NCBI GenBank assembly: GCA_049322615.1
Contig: JBMORX010000006.1
Location: 1-56,724 of the forward strand
Length of the DNA: 56,724 nucleotides
Reading direction: 5' to 3'
Source: Patescibacteria group bacterium
GTDB taxonomy: Bacteria > Patescibacteriota > Microgenomatia > CAYGWK01
Shown piece after piece: positions 24,514 through 33,836 of this stretch (position 1 is the stretch's first letter; every line of letters starts with the position of its first letter). The notes beneath the pieces were generated by a model. That model had not been told where the DNA came from and did no database searches. It was given only the letters and a program-made list of their open reading frames with translations. The position numbers were made by a program, and so were the translations under genes.

Positions 24514-25946
24514 CGTAAAAGCCTGTATTCCCAAACAGGAATCTGATTAAAGCTTATCTCTTTGATTTTAACATAGCCTAAGCCCCCAAGCCAGGAAACG
24601 ATTTTTTCTTCAGGATCAAAAACGGGCTGAAGATAAGGGATATAGTAGATTGCTTGATTGCTAGATTGCTTGATTGCTAGATTGTTAAAATCCACCTGCA
24701 TCACCCTTCTGGCTCCAGGACTAATGCCGACTAACCTCACTTTTCCCTCTGAATAGTATCTCCAGGCCCAGTCTGAGGTTTGAGAAGGCAAAATAGCTAC
24801 TCGTGGTTTCTCCTGGGTCTCTATAAATCTAACTACTCCCCGCCAGTCTTCGCGATGAAAATAGGGATTTAGATAATATGTTAGAAGTGAGAAGAAAGAA
24901 GTGAGAAGTATGACCAGAAGAGAGAAGAAAGCTAAACTCCTATTTTTTATTGACGCTACACCTCCAGCTAATAACAGATAGAAAGCTGGTAGAACTAAAA
25001 GGAGGCGGAAGGGCTGGTAATTGGGAATAAAAAATGAAATTAACCAAGCAACACAAACGGGCACAAAGAGCCAGAGAGTAATTAGTAATTGGTAATTAGA
25101 AATTAGGAATTTTTTACCCCTAAAGAAACCCTTGGCAATTATGCTCCCATAAACCAAAAATAAAATTCCAGCAGTCAGAGCGTAAAGGGTTTTGTTAAAA
25201 ATCGTAATTCTGCCAAGGGTAAATTTGATAAAAGTCAAGGGCAAGGCTTTCAGAAAACTTACGTTCACCAGTCTCCCCCATTCGGGTAAAATTTGAATTG
25301 CCTGGGAACCAACCTGAAGTTGGATGGTTAACAACGGCAGACAAGGCAAAAAGAGAAACAATGTAGCAATGTAGCAATGTAGCAATGTAGCAATATTCTT
25401 TCTATTGATTATTATCATACTAATAAACTGTGCCAGAAGAACTAAGAAACCATAGTAAGACGAATAAAGCATTAGCGTTGTCGCTAGGATATACCTTTTC
25501 CATTGTTCTTTGAGAAAAAAATACATAGAGCAGGTCGCTAAAAGAGCTACTAAGGCATATGGTCTGGCTTCTTGGGAATAGTAAATGTGGAAAGGGGCAG
25601 TAACCAGAAATAGTGCCACTATTTCTGGAATTTCCAATTTCCAATTTCCAATTTCTAATTTCCTAGAGATAACCTGCCTGGCAATTAAATAAACGACATA
25701 GATGGTAGCTACACCAAAAATAACTGATGGCAACCGAAGAATAATTTCGCTTGACCCAAACAAATGAACCCAGGTCCACATCAAAAGGTGATATAAGGGT
25801 GGATGAAAATCACCAGTTAATTCAGAAAAAATATCATTAAATGAGCCTTGAGAAGTAATCGCCTGGACCGCCTCATCCAACCATAAAGATTGATTAAGCT
25901 TAACCAGCCGCAAAACTAAGCCCAAAATCAAAATTAGGATTATCAT
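24510..25946 (-). CDS. GT-C-fold membrane glycosyltransferase (ArnT/PMT-like) containing five short tandem arrays
   Basis: 478 aa and polytopic. SLWLDEAVQA follows TM1 (an acidic DE motif as in GT39/83). It is a paralogue of the genes at 21795 and 28085. Confidence 0.75.
   Translation of the reverse strand: MIILILILGLVLRLVKLNQSLWLDEAVQAITSQGSFNDIFSELTGDFHPPLYHLLMWTWVHLFGSSEIILRLPSVIFGVATIYVVYLIARQVISRKLEIGNWKLEIPEIVALFLVTAPFHIYYSQEARPYALVALLATCSMYFFLKEQWKRYILATTLMLYSSYYGFLVLLAQFISMIIINRKNIATLLHCYIATLFLFLPCLPLLTIQLQVGSQAIQILPEWGRLVNVSFLKALPLTFIKFTLGRITIFNKTLYALTAGILFLVYGSIIAKGFFRGKKFLISNYQLLITLWLFVPVCVAWLISFFIPNYQPFRLLLVLPAFYLLLAGGVASIKNRSLAFFSLLVILLTSFFSLLTYYLNPYFHREDWRGVVRFIETQEKPRVAILPSQTSDWAWRYYSEGKVRLVGISPGARRVMQVDFNNLAIKQSSNQAIYYIPYLQPVFDPEEKIVSWLGGLGYVKIKEISFNQIPVWEYRLLR
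24646..24685. repeat. Octamer array TWGATTGC x5 (equivalent to a 16-mer x2.5)
   Basis: Read directly as tagattgc ttgattgc tagattgc ttgattgc tagattgt. It translates as NLAIKQSSNQAIY. Confidence 0.9.
24883..24908. repeat. 14-bp period repeat AGAAGTGAGAAG(AA) x1.9
   Basis: Read directly. It translates as LLTSFFSLLTY. Confidence 0.7.
25079..25106. repeat. Heptamer array WAATTRG x4
   Basis: Read directly as taattag taattgg taattag aaattag. It translates as LISNYQLLIT. The unit family matches 12831-12851 in an unrelated GT4 gene. Confidence 0.85.
25359..25394. repeat. Perfect octamer array CAATGTAG x4.5
   Basis: Read directly (36 bp). It translates as NIATLLHCYIATLF. Confidence 0.95.
25629..25663. 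repeat. Heptamer array AATTTCC x5 (fourth unit is AATTTCT)
   Basis: Read directly (35 bp). It translates as RKLEIGNWKLEIP. By eye this is an insertion relative to the paralogues at 21795 and 28085. Confidence 0.95.
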
Positions 25947-26836
25947 CTTTTGATTAACTGCTTAATCAAGTTAAACTTTAAGGTTGAGAAAAGGTGAAAA
26001 AAGACTATTATTTTAATCAACCAAGTTTTCCAAACTGAATAATTTTTTTCGCAAAACAAGAAAAGAGAACTGAAATTCAAAAAATAAAATTTCTCTATTC
26101 CTTCTTTTCTAATCACTGGCTCGATACTTTTTCTACCAAAATGAATAATTTTTGCATCGGGAATCAGCATTAATTTATATCCCAACTTTTTAAGCCTAAA
26201 ACATAGGTCAACATCATTAAAATAGATCGGAAAATTTTCATCAAACCCTCCCACTTTTTCCCAAACTTTTTTCCTAATCATCATTGCTGCCGCAGGCAAC
26301 TGATCTACCTGAAGAGGTTTTTCAAACTTAAGAGCCGAAAAGAGGACGAAAGGAAATAATCTTAAGGCTAAATTCTTGAAAAATTTATTATAGTAAAAAA
26401 TCGCAAAAAGTGGCGATGGAAATTTTAAATAACAAGGGTCCCTCTGAACTGATCCATCTTCATTTAATAAAAGTGGAGAAACGGCAGCGATTTCTTCACT
26501 TTGATTCATTAAACTGGTTGCTAATTTTTCAATCGCTCCTTTCTGGACAAGTGTGTCAGAATTCAAAAGCATTATTACTTCACCCTGAGCTTGTCGAAAA
26601 GCTTGGTTATTACCTTTTGCAAATCCTAAATTAATTTTATTCTTAATTAATTTTACTTCGGGAAACTCTTTCTGAACCATCTCGAGAGAGCTATCAGTTG
26701 AGGCATTATCAACCACGATAATCTCTGGCTGAAATTTCGATAAACGAAGTGAGGCAAGACAATCCCTAAGTAGGTTTTTAGTGTTCCAACTAAGAATGAG
26801 CAGAGAGACTTTAGTCACGAAGAATCCTCCAAACAA
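25943..26836 (-). CDS. GT-A (GT2-like) glycosyltransferase
   Basis: 297 aa. Motifs VSLLILSWNTKNLLRDCL, IIVVDNASTDSS and LLNSDT. The start is uncertain because the ORF overlaps the flippase stop by 26 bp. Confidence 0.85.
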   Translation of the reverse strand: MFGGFFVTKVSLLILSWNTKNLLRDCLASLRLSKFQPEIIVVDNASTDSSLEMVQKEFPEVKLIKNKINLGFAKGNNQAFRQAQGEVIMLLNSDTLVQKGAIEKLATSLMNQSEEIAAVSPLLLNEDGSVQRDPCYLKFPSPLFAIFYYNKFFKNLALRLFPFVLFSALKFEKPLQVDQLPAAAMMIRKKVWEKVGGFDENFPIYFNDVDLCFRLKKLGYKLMLIPDAKIIHFGRKSIEPVIRKEGIEKFYFLNFSSLFLFCEKNYSVWKTWLIKIIVFFHLFSTLKFNLIKQLIKR

Positions 26837-28037
26837 ACCAATTATTTACTACTAGACCTACCATTTCTCCCCCTACTACCGCCCAGGCAGCCCCCAAAAT
26901 CGAATAGCGGGGAATCAGAATTAGACATAAAACTACTGCCACTAACAAGTTCAAAACTGCCAGGGGTAAAAATTGCTTAACTTTTGGCGAGTTGAGAATT
27001 ATATTTCCCGGTAAAGCATTAACAAAAAACAAGATTAATGCCAGCCCCAAAATTGAGAAGGCGGAGACTGCCTCCTTGTAGCTTAAACCATATACCAAAG
27101 GAATAATCATCTTGGCACCAAAAAACACCACTAGTCCGGTAAATACACCTCCCAAAAACAAGACCAAAAGACCTTTTTGGTAAATTCTCCAAAGTCTTCT
27201 TTTATCTTCCAAAAAAAGTTTTGCCGAAAGAGGAAAAAGCGCCAAGGCTAAGGATTGAGGGATTAAAATCAAGGCCTCAATAAATTTAAAGGCGGACCCG
27301 TAAAGTCCAGTAAAATAAGCACCTTTGATAAGCCCAACCAAAATGATTGAAGCCCGAAGATAGAAAACTGCCAAAATGATTAAAGCCGCAAACACCCAAG
27401 ATTGCGTCAGGGTCTCTTTCCAAAATGCTTTATCTATTATCCATCCAAGCGGCAAACTCCAAGAGGATGATTTGGTCAAAAAGAAAAAGGCAACCAGAAA
27501 ATTACCTAAGGCATAAGCAAGTAAAATCCAGGCTAAAGAGAGTCCTCCCAAAACAAAGAATACTCCCAGAATAGTGATTAAGAAAATCGTGGCAATGTTG
27601 GCTAAAGCCATATATTCCATTTTCTCCCGGGCATTTTGAAAGCTGGCAATCAAGTAAGTTAAGCTATAGGGAAGAAAAGAAAGACCTAAAATCCCCAAAT
27701 AAAAAATCTGTCTTAAGGATTGACCTAAAATAATCCCCAAAATTAAAGCGGCAAAATAGGCGCCAATGGCCAAGAAAAATCGCAAGGGCAAAAGCCGAGA
27801 AAAATAAAAGGAGGCCCTTTCGGGTACTCTAGGAATATCTCTAAGAACTAGTCTTTCTAGCCCAAAATCAGCCACCGGAATAAAATTATAAATAAAGGTA
27901 AAAGTAAAAATATAAATCCCAAAATTTTCCACCCCCAAAGCTCGAGCCAAGAAGATAAAATAAAAAAATCCGATTGTTCGGCTTATAATCTGAGAGGCAG
28001 AGAGGAAAAGAGTGTTTTTCGCAATCCTTAGTAACAT
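26811..28037 (-). CDS. Wzx-type oligosaccharide flippase (MOP superfamily)
   Basis: 408 aa with about 12 hydrophobic helices. The N-terminus KNTLFLSASQIISRTIGFFYFIFLARALGVENFGIY is typical of polysaccharide biosynthesis/flippase proteins. Confidence 0.75.
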   Translation of the reverse strand: MLLRIAKNTLFLSASQIISRTIGFFYFIFLARALGVENFGIYIFTFTFIYNFIPVADFGLERLVLRDIPRVPERASFYFSRLLPLRFFLAIGAYFAALILGIILGQSLRQIFYLGILGLSFLPYSLTYLIASFQNAREKMEYMALANIATIFLITILGVFFVLGGLSLAWILLAYALGNFLVAFFFLTKSSSWSLPLGWIIDKAFWKETLTQSWVFAALIILAVFYLRASIILVGLIKGAYFTGLYGSAFKFIEALILIPQSLALALFPLSAKLFLEDKRRLWRIYQKGLLVLFLGGVFTGLVVFFGAKMIIPLVYGLSYKEAVSAFSILGLALILFFVNALPGNIILNSPKVKQFLPLAVLNLLVAVVLCLILIPRYSILGAAWAVVGGEMVGLVVNNWFVWRILRD

Positions 28038-28084
28038 CTACCTAATTCTACCGTATCTCTTTTTTTATATCTACTGGGTTCTAT

Positions 28085-29527
28085 TTACATTCCCCATGAG
28101 TAAACCCCCACCGGCCAGAGACGAGGCTGAGTGTCATAAAGCCGGTCGATTTCAAGTTCTTTTTTCAAATTATCCCGCGCATATTCTCTTATTCCCTCAG
28201 GAATTCGATCGTCCCAACTGTCCACCACAAAAAAACCTTTCGGGTTGTCATTGATGATTATCTTAAACTCTTGAAGCGAATGAATTATTTTAGCAGAAGA
28301 AAATTGGTCTTTTTCGGCATTCTCTACACCAACAGGTTTTCTTGTTAAAAAGTCAAGACTGCCTTCACTCAAATACCAAATTGGCAAATCGTTCCAATTA
28401 GTGACTAATATTGCACCTGGACTTTCTTTTATTCTTTTTTCAACAAGCCAGTAAACCCTTTTCCAATCAACCTCCGGAATCTCTTGCATATCGGCATTTA
28501 GAGAATAAATTTTCTGGGGAAATAAAGTAAATTTATTGCCCATCCCTACTATGAAAAAAACCAAAATAAACAGAGCTAATGGTTTGACGTTTAACCCCCA
28601 GCTAGCGCTGATTAATTCCAAACCAACGGAAGAGAACAAAATTAGGAAGGGAAAGACAATATAAAAATAACGAGTAAATGGTTCGCCCAGTAAAAAAGAG
28701 GCGATAGTCCCTTGGACAACCAAGACCAAGGCTATGATCTGCCACTCTTTTCTCTTTTGGAAAAGACAAGATAAAAATCCCACAAAAGCTAAGAAAACTA
28801 ATAAAGGATAATTATGCCAGAGGAAAACTCTATAATAAAAAAGGTTATTTATCTTTCCAATTTGGGAAACTACTGAAAAAATCTGTACTTGAAAAGCTCC
28901 AACAAACACCCCTAAAACTCCCAAGAAAATCAAAAACCCTATTTTTCCTAATTTCCCTGATATTAAAAGATAAACAAACCCAACGAGAAAAATCACCAAA
29001 CCTAAACCATGCATTAAAGAGGCCAAAAAACCACTTATGAGAAACCCCAAAAAATATCGCCAATTAAATTTTTCTTCTTTTATTAGCTTATAAGTAAAAA
29101 AAATCCCTAAAAGAAAGAAGAACTGTAAAGCTTGATAGGGACGAGCCTGGCGGGACCAGAGAATCTCGATTTTCAAAAAGGTGGTAAAAATTGCCGCCAT
29201 TAAGCCAACCTCTTTACCAAATAATTCTTTACCTAAAACATAAACTGCCCAGATTGTCAAAACGCCAAAAATTACCGAAGGAAATCGGATGGCAAATTCA
29301 TTTAAACCAAAAATTTTAGCCGAAGCGGCGCTTAGCCAATATTGGAGCTGCTGATCTGGAGTAAAAAAGCCATTAGCCAAAACCGGCTTCCCTCTCTCTA
29401 GAATCGCCCGGGCAAAAATCGCCACATGATTCTCATCTGTCCAAAAAGAATAATTAGCATTCAGGCCATAAATTCGATAAAAGAAACCGATTATAATTAA
29501 AAAGAGTAAAAAAATCTTAAATTTCAT
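28085..29527 (-). CDS. GT-C-fold membrane glycosyltransferase (ArnT/PMT-like)
   Basis: I trimmed the ORF to the ATG at 29527, which forms an ATGA overlap with the upstream stop at 29524. The protein is polytopic, with SFWTDENHVA after TM1. Confidence 0.7.
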   Translation of the reverse strand: MKFKIFLLFLIIIGFFYRIYGLNANYSFWTDENHVAIFARAILERGKPVLANGFFTPDQQLQYWLSAASAKIFGLNEFAIRFPSVIFGVLTIWAVYVLGKELFGKEVGLMAAIFTTFLKIEILWSRQARPYQALQFFFLLGIFFTYKLIKEEKFNWRYFLGFLISGFLASLMHGLGLVIFLVGFVYLLISGKLGKIGFLIFLGVLGVFVGAFQVQIFSVVSQIGKINNLFYYRVFLWHNYPLLVFLAFVGFLSCLFQKRKEWQIIALVLVVQGTIASFLLGEPFTRYFYIVFPFLILFSSVGLELISASWGLNVKPLALFILVFFIVGMGNKFTLFPQKIYSLNADMQEIPEVDWKRVYWLVEKRIKESPGAILVTNWNDLPIWYLSEGSLDFLTRKPVGVENAEKDQFSSAKIIHSLQEFKIIINDNPKGFFVVDSWDDRIPEGIREYARDNLKKELEIDRLYDTQPRLWPVGVYSWGM

Positions 29528-32500
29528 ATTCTCTTTTTTAAAATTCTTACTGCCGAGTTGTATCCTAAATACCCTAAACAAACCAAAAGTGTTGCCAAAG
29601 AAAATCCTAGCCCAACATAAAATAACTTTTGGGGTTGAAACTCTACCACTAATTCATAATCTTCCTTCCCACCGCTATCTTCAGGAGTAATATACCAAGA
29701 ATTGGCATAACCATTAACCAAATAGTGCCTGTCTTCAGCAATCGGTTTTTTACCCCAAGTTTCAAAAGTATGTCTATCCAAGAAAATATTCCTGTGCGTT
29801 CCCTCTTTTATCTCCCCGTCAAAATAACTCGCCACCGTTTGACCATAATCTGTATCAGCATTCTTTCTATCAGCGATATACGCTCTCCATCTCTTGTGAA
29901 AACTTTCCGAGAACACCAAAGTATAGGGCTCTTTCGCTCTCTCCACTTTTACCCTATATTTAGTAGGGTTTATCTTGAAAAAAGTAATCTTTGGCGCTTG
30001 GCTTATATTCGGCTTGTCGACTTTTAACCGAAGCATCACTTTCGGTTGAACAATCTGGTAAATCTTGAGATTTTTAAAGTTAACATTTGCCAGCCGATTA
30101 GGATCGGAAACGCTCCAGAAAAAAATTCTTGCTCCCAAGGATTTAAAATCCGAATTAATAACTAATTCAAATTTTTGCCAGTCGCCGCCATCGACTAACC
30201 CTGAAGGGGGCTTCCTTAGAGTCCTTTCAAATATCTTTTCTGTTTTAACCACCTCTTTTCCCTCTTGCTTACCCAATTTATCCTCCAAAATTCCCACCCC
30301 TAAACTTCCATCCTCAGTTTTATAATCAAAACTTAAATAATAAAAGGTGTCTTTCCGCCAGTCATTAATCGGTTGAAAAACAATATTTTCTCCTTGGATG
30401 AAAAAACCTTGAGGGAGAAATTTAACTACTTTCTCCTCAATTTGTATCCCCTTCAATTTTTGCCAATCATCGCCAACTAAATTCTCCAATTCTGGTAAAT
30501 ACAAAATCAACCTATGCCCCCCCTCTTTAAAATCTCTTTTCCCTAAATTTAACCATCCTCCTTTTTTCAACTCCATCATCTTTGCTGGTATCACCTCATT
30601 GTCTATCTCTACTCCCACTGAAGCCAACAAAAACTCATCAATGCTTTCAGTTTTAATAAATAATTCATATTCCCCCTCCTTAGGAATTTCAAAAGTATAT
30701 TCCAAATTTTGCAGATCAAACTTTTTCTCCAAAACCTTAATCTTTTCATCTAATTTTGCAAAAACCTCACCCCAGCTCTTAATTATTTCTTTGGTATTCT
30801 CATCGTACCTCAATCGACCTCCATGTATCTCCTCAATCTTTTCTTTATACCTTTCCCAATAAGCCCTCAATTTTATTATGGATAAAGCTCTTAATTTTTC
30901 AATTTCGGGCGAAATCGAAATTTTCAACTTTTCAATTCCTTTAATTGCTTCTTCCATTTTTATCCGGTATCCTTCGCTTATCAACCTTACCATTGCTTTG
31001 TCCCCATCGGTGCCAAATTTCTCAAATTCAGAGATTCTTTTACCAGTATAGAAAAGTTTTTTATCAATTAGTTTTTCCGGATTTTTTCTTACTCTCCATT
31101 CCTCGTATTTTTCTCTCAGTCCTGCCAGCTTCCACCATAAACTTCCGGGCCGATGTTTAACGTAGGGAAAAGACGCACTATTTTTAAAACTCTCTTTCTT
31201 TTTGAAATAATCCTTATCAATCCCATTTTCTAAGTTAGCCCTCATAAAAACTTCATCCGCCCGATTTAAAATATCTTGATTTTCTAACTTTAAGTTTTCA
31301 AAGTACACCCCTGACTTCAATTCATAGTCCCAAAAACTGACAATATCGGGCAGTGTCCCAATATCACTACTTGAATAAATTATTTTTTGAGGAATGTAAA
31401 AATGAGGAAGAAAATTATTATTCTCAAAAAGTGAAATTTTATCCCATTCTTGCCGAATGGTTACAGGAGTTTCTTTACTTAAGGAAGCTGCGACTTCTTT
31501 TCCCGAAACGCCTATCAGAAACTCGACATTTTTTCTAACCACTAAATACTTCACGTCCATCAAACTTAATAGTTTTGACAGTTTTTCAATCTGTTGCTTG
31601 TTTAAAATCTCCTGTAATTCAGAAACCAAACTAGCAACATTCCTCTCGACTTTGTCTGAAATTCCGATTAATCCCGGCTTAGGAGAATAACTCGCAAAAA
31701 TATCTCGTATTCCGTTGAACCCCCCATAAAACCTCTTATCATCAACAATTTGCAACGCGCTAGTAATAGGAAGATATAAAACCTTCGTATCTGTCTTTTC
31801 TTCCCTCAAGCTATTTTCTAAGGTAAAATATCCCGGGGGAAACTTATAAGTCCTTAGCCTATTATCATAATCATGTTTCTGCTCTCCAAATAGCTCACCC
31901 GCCCAAAATGGGTAAGCATTAATTACCAAAAAAATAGAGAAAATGATTCCTATAATTTTTACCTGCTTTTGTTGATGCTCCAACATAAAATTCAATACTA
32001 AACTCGCTAAAATTACATAGGAAAAAGAGGAAAGAACAGAAAACCGGGCGACATCCCTAATCAGGTCTGAAAGTGGTAATATGGTAATAAAACCAGGTCC
32101 TAATTTAAAAAGTATAATTGGTACAAAAGATAATAAAACCAGAGAATAAACTATTCGCCTTTTTTTCAAAAAAAACAATGATGAATAGGCTAAAAACGGA
32201 AGAAGAAAAGAGAGAGGCGTTAGTACCGAAGGATAGCTGGTTTCATATTGATAGTTGAATAGACTCCCCCAGACTCTCAAAATATTTATATTACTCAATC
32301 TTGCCCAAGTACCCAAACTGACAGAAGACAAACCCAACCCGGTGCTTAACGCCCCACTCTTTTCGCCTAATAAAAATGATAGCCACCAAAAAGCACTCAA
32401 GCCTAAAAAAACAAAAAATATAACCGAAAGAGACCTTAAATAAACAAAAAGGCTTCTCTTATTATTAATAAGAAAAAAAACCAGAGAGAGAAAAGCTAAA

Positions 32501-33090
32501 GGATACCAAACTAAAGATTGGGACTGAACCGTGGCTAAAAAAAATGAAAATCCAGTTAAAATTGAATAGAGAGTTTTTTCTTCCTTCACTGACCGAATAA
32601 AAAAAATTAAGGAAAGGGGTAAAATTCCCATTGAAAATAAGATGAACAACCATCCTATTGCCGCATAGTTAAAAAAGCATGGGAGGGTAAAGTATAGAAA
32701 TCCGCCGAAGAGAGCCGTCATCCTGCTACAATTTAAAAATCTGCACAGTAAATACATAGCAAAAGCAGGAAAGACAAAAGCCAAAATTAGCAAAAGTTTG
32801 GTATAAATTTCTCCAGTAATGCCTATTTTTGCCAATAAACCAATCAAAAGCTGGAAGGGAAGAGTATTAAGAAAAAACTGGGAAGAGCCCAAAATTTCTC
32901 TATCAGTCCAAACGTAAAGCCCACTTTGGAAATATCGCCATATTTGGGACTGGGTGAGAGGGAAACCCCAATCCCCACCACTGATGATTCCTGGAGAAAA
33001 TAAAATGCCCCTTAAAAAAATGAAGAAAATTAAGAAATAGAAAAAAACCAAGAGGGTAATCTCCTTAATTTTTGAGACATTAATTTTCAT
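29524..33090 (-). CDS. Very large (1188 aa) GT-C-like membrane protein (YfhO/AftD-like architecture)
   Basis: About 13 N-terminal helices (GGDWGFPLTQSQIW after TM1), a roughly 750-aa soluble region, and a single C-terminal helix (FYVGLGFSLATLLVCLGYLGY). The family call rests on architecture only. Confidence 0.5.
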   Translation of the reverse strand: MKINVSKIKEITLLVFFYFLIFFIFLRGILFSPGIISGGDWGFPLTQSQIWRYFQSGLYVWTDREILGSSQFFLNTLPFQLLIGLLAKIGITGEIYTKLLLILAFVFPAFAMYLLCRFLNCSRMTALFGGFLYFTLPCFFNYAAIGWLFILFSMGILPLSLIFFIRSVKEEKTLYSILTGFSFFLATVQSQSLVWYPLAFLSLVFFLINNKRSLFVYLRSLSVIFFVFLGLSAFWWLSFLLGEKSGALSTGLGLSSVSLGTWARLSNINILRVWGSLFNYQYETSYPSVLTPLSFLLPFLAYSSLFFLKKRRIVYSLVLLSFVPIILFKLGPGFITILPLSDLIRDVARFSVLSSFSYVILASLVLNFMLEHQQKQVKIIGIIFSIFLVINAYPFWAGELFGEQKHDYDNRLRTYKFPPGYFTLENSLREEKTDTKVLYLPITSALQIVDDKRFYGGFNGIRDIFASYSPKPGLIGISDKVERNVASLVSELQEILNKQQIEKLSKLLSLMDVKYLVVRKNVEFLIGVSGKEVAASLSKETPVTIRQEWDKISLFENNNFLPHFYIPQKIIYSSSDIGTLPDIVSFWDYELKSGVYFENLKLENQDILNRADEVFMRANLENGIDKDYFKKKESFKNSASFPYVKHRPGSLWWKLAGLREKYEEWRVRKNPEKLIDKKLFYTGKRISEFEKFGTDGDKAMVRLISEGYRIKMEEAIKGIEKLKISISPEIEKLRALSIIKLRAYWERYKEKIEEIHGGRLRYDENTKEIIKSWGEVFAKLDEKIKVLEKKFDLQNLEYTFEIPKEGEYELFIKTESIDEFLLASVGVEIDNEVIPAKMMELKKGGWLNLGKRDFKEGGHRLILYLPELENLVGDDWQKLKGIQIEEKVVKFLPQGFFIQGENIVFQPINDWRKDTFYYLSFDYKTEDGSLGVGILEDKLGKQEGKEVVKTEKIFERTLRKPPSGLVDGGDWQKFELVINSDFKSLGARIFFWSVSDPNRLANVNFKNLKIYQIVQPKVMLRLKVDKPNISQAPKITFFKINPTKYRVKVERAKEPYTLVFSESFHKRWRAYIADRKNADTDYGQTVASYFDGEIKEGTHRNIFLDRHTFETWGKKPIAEDRHYLVNGYANSWYITPEDSGGKEDYELVVEFQPQKLFYVGLGFSLATLLVCLGYLGYNSAVRILKKRI

Positions 33091-33836
33091 TATTTTCTTA
33101 AATATTTTCTTAAAGCCTTTGCTACTAATAAATTTGTCTCACCTTTTTTAAGGGTTTGGTGCATAATAAAAAAAATACCCACTGCTCTTATATTGGACAT
33201 AAAGGTAATAAAAATAAAAGTTAAGATTAATTGATTGGTAATAATTCCTAAAAATAGGGGATAGCTAATCATAAAACAAAATCTGTAAGGAGAAGAGCGA
33301 AGGCAAAGTAAGTTTATCAAAAAACTGTCTAAAGTATTTGGCTTGCGACTAATCTTTCGCATCTCTTTCTCTATTTCCGGATAACGGTTGTATTCTATAC
33401 CAAATATGCGGTCAAATTCGTAAAGTAAAACCGTTAAGAAAAAAAGACTAGAATAAAAAATAATAGCTAATATAACCCAGATTTGTTTTTGGGTAAGCGC
33501 CGCACCGGCATAAAAGACACTCCCCAAAACGATGAGCATTAAAATTCTATCTAGAGTGCTATCAATAAGCTTTCCTAGGGGCTTAGTTTCTTTTGGCAGC
33601 TTCACTAATTTGGCTAATCGGCCATCTACCCAGTCTAAAAGAGCCCAAGCCATATAGAGAAAAAGACCAATCACATTATAAAGATATTTTCCTTTACTAA
33701 AGAAATAGAAACTAAGAGGGGCCGCAATTAGAAATCTTAAAAGGGTTACCTGGACAGGTTTTATCCCTATTTTCAGGAAAATTTTAGCAATTTTGGAAGC
33801 TATATTCAAAAAAAAATTCTCTAAGAATACAATCAT
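33090..33836 (-). CDS. CDP-alcohol phosphatidyltransferase family protein
   Basis: 248 aa. DWVDGRLAK...GKLIDSTLD matches the DG(x)2AR...G(x)3D(x)3D signature. Several transmembrane helices. Confidence 0.8.
   Translation of the reverse strand: MIVFLENFFLNIASKIAKIFLKIGIKPVQVTLLRFLIAAPLSFYFFSKGKYLYNVIGLFLYMAWALLDWVDGRLAKLVKLPKETKPLGKLIDSTLDRILMLIVLGSVFYAGAALTQKQIWVILAIIFYSSLFFLTVLLYEFDRIFGIEYNRYPEIEKEMRKISRKPNTLDSFLINLLCLRSSPYRFCFMISYPLFLGIITNQLILTFIFITFMSNIRAVGIFFIMHQTLKKGETNLLVAKALRKYLRK

Noticed and set aside
16046-25663. The short tandem arrays as CRISPR arrays.
   Set aside because: Units are 7-16 bp, directly abutting with no spacers. They lie inside long intact ORFs, and no cas genes are present.
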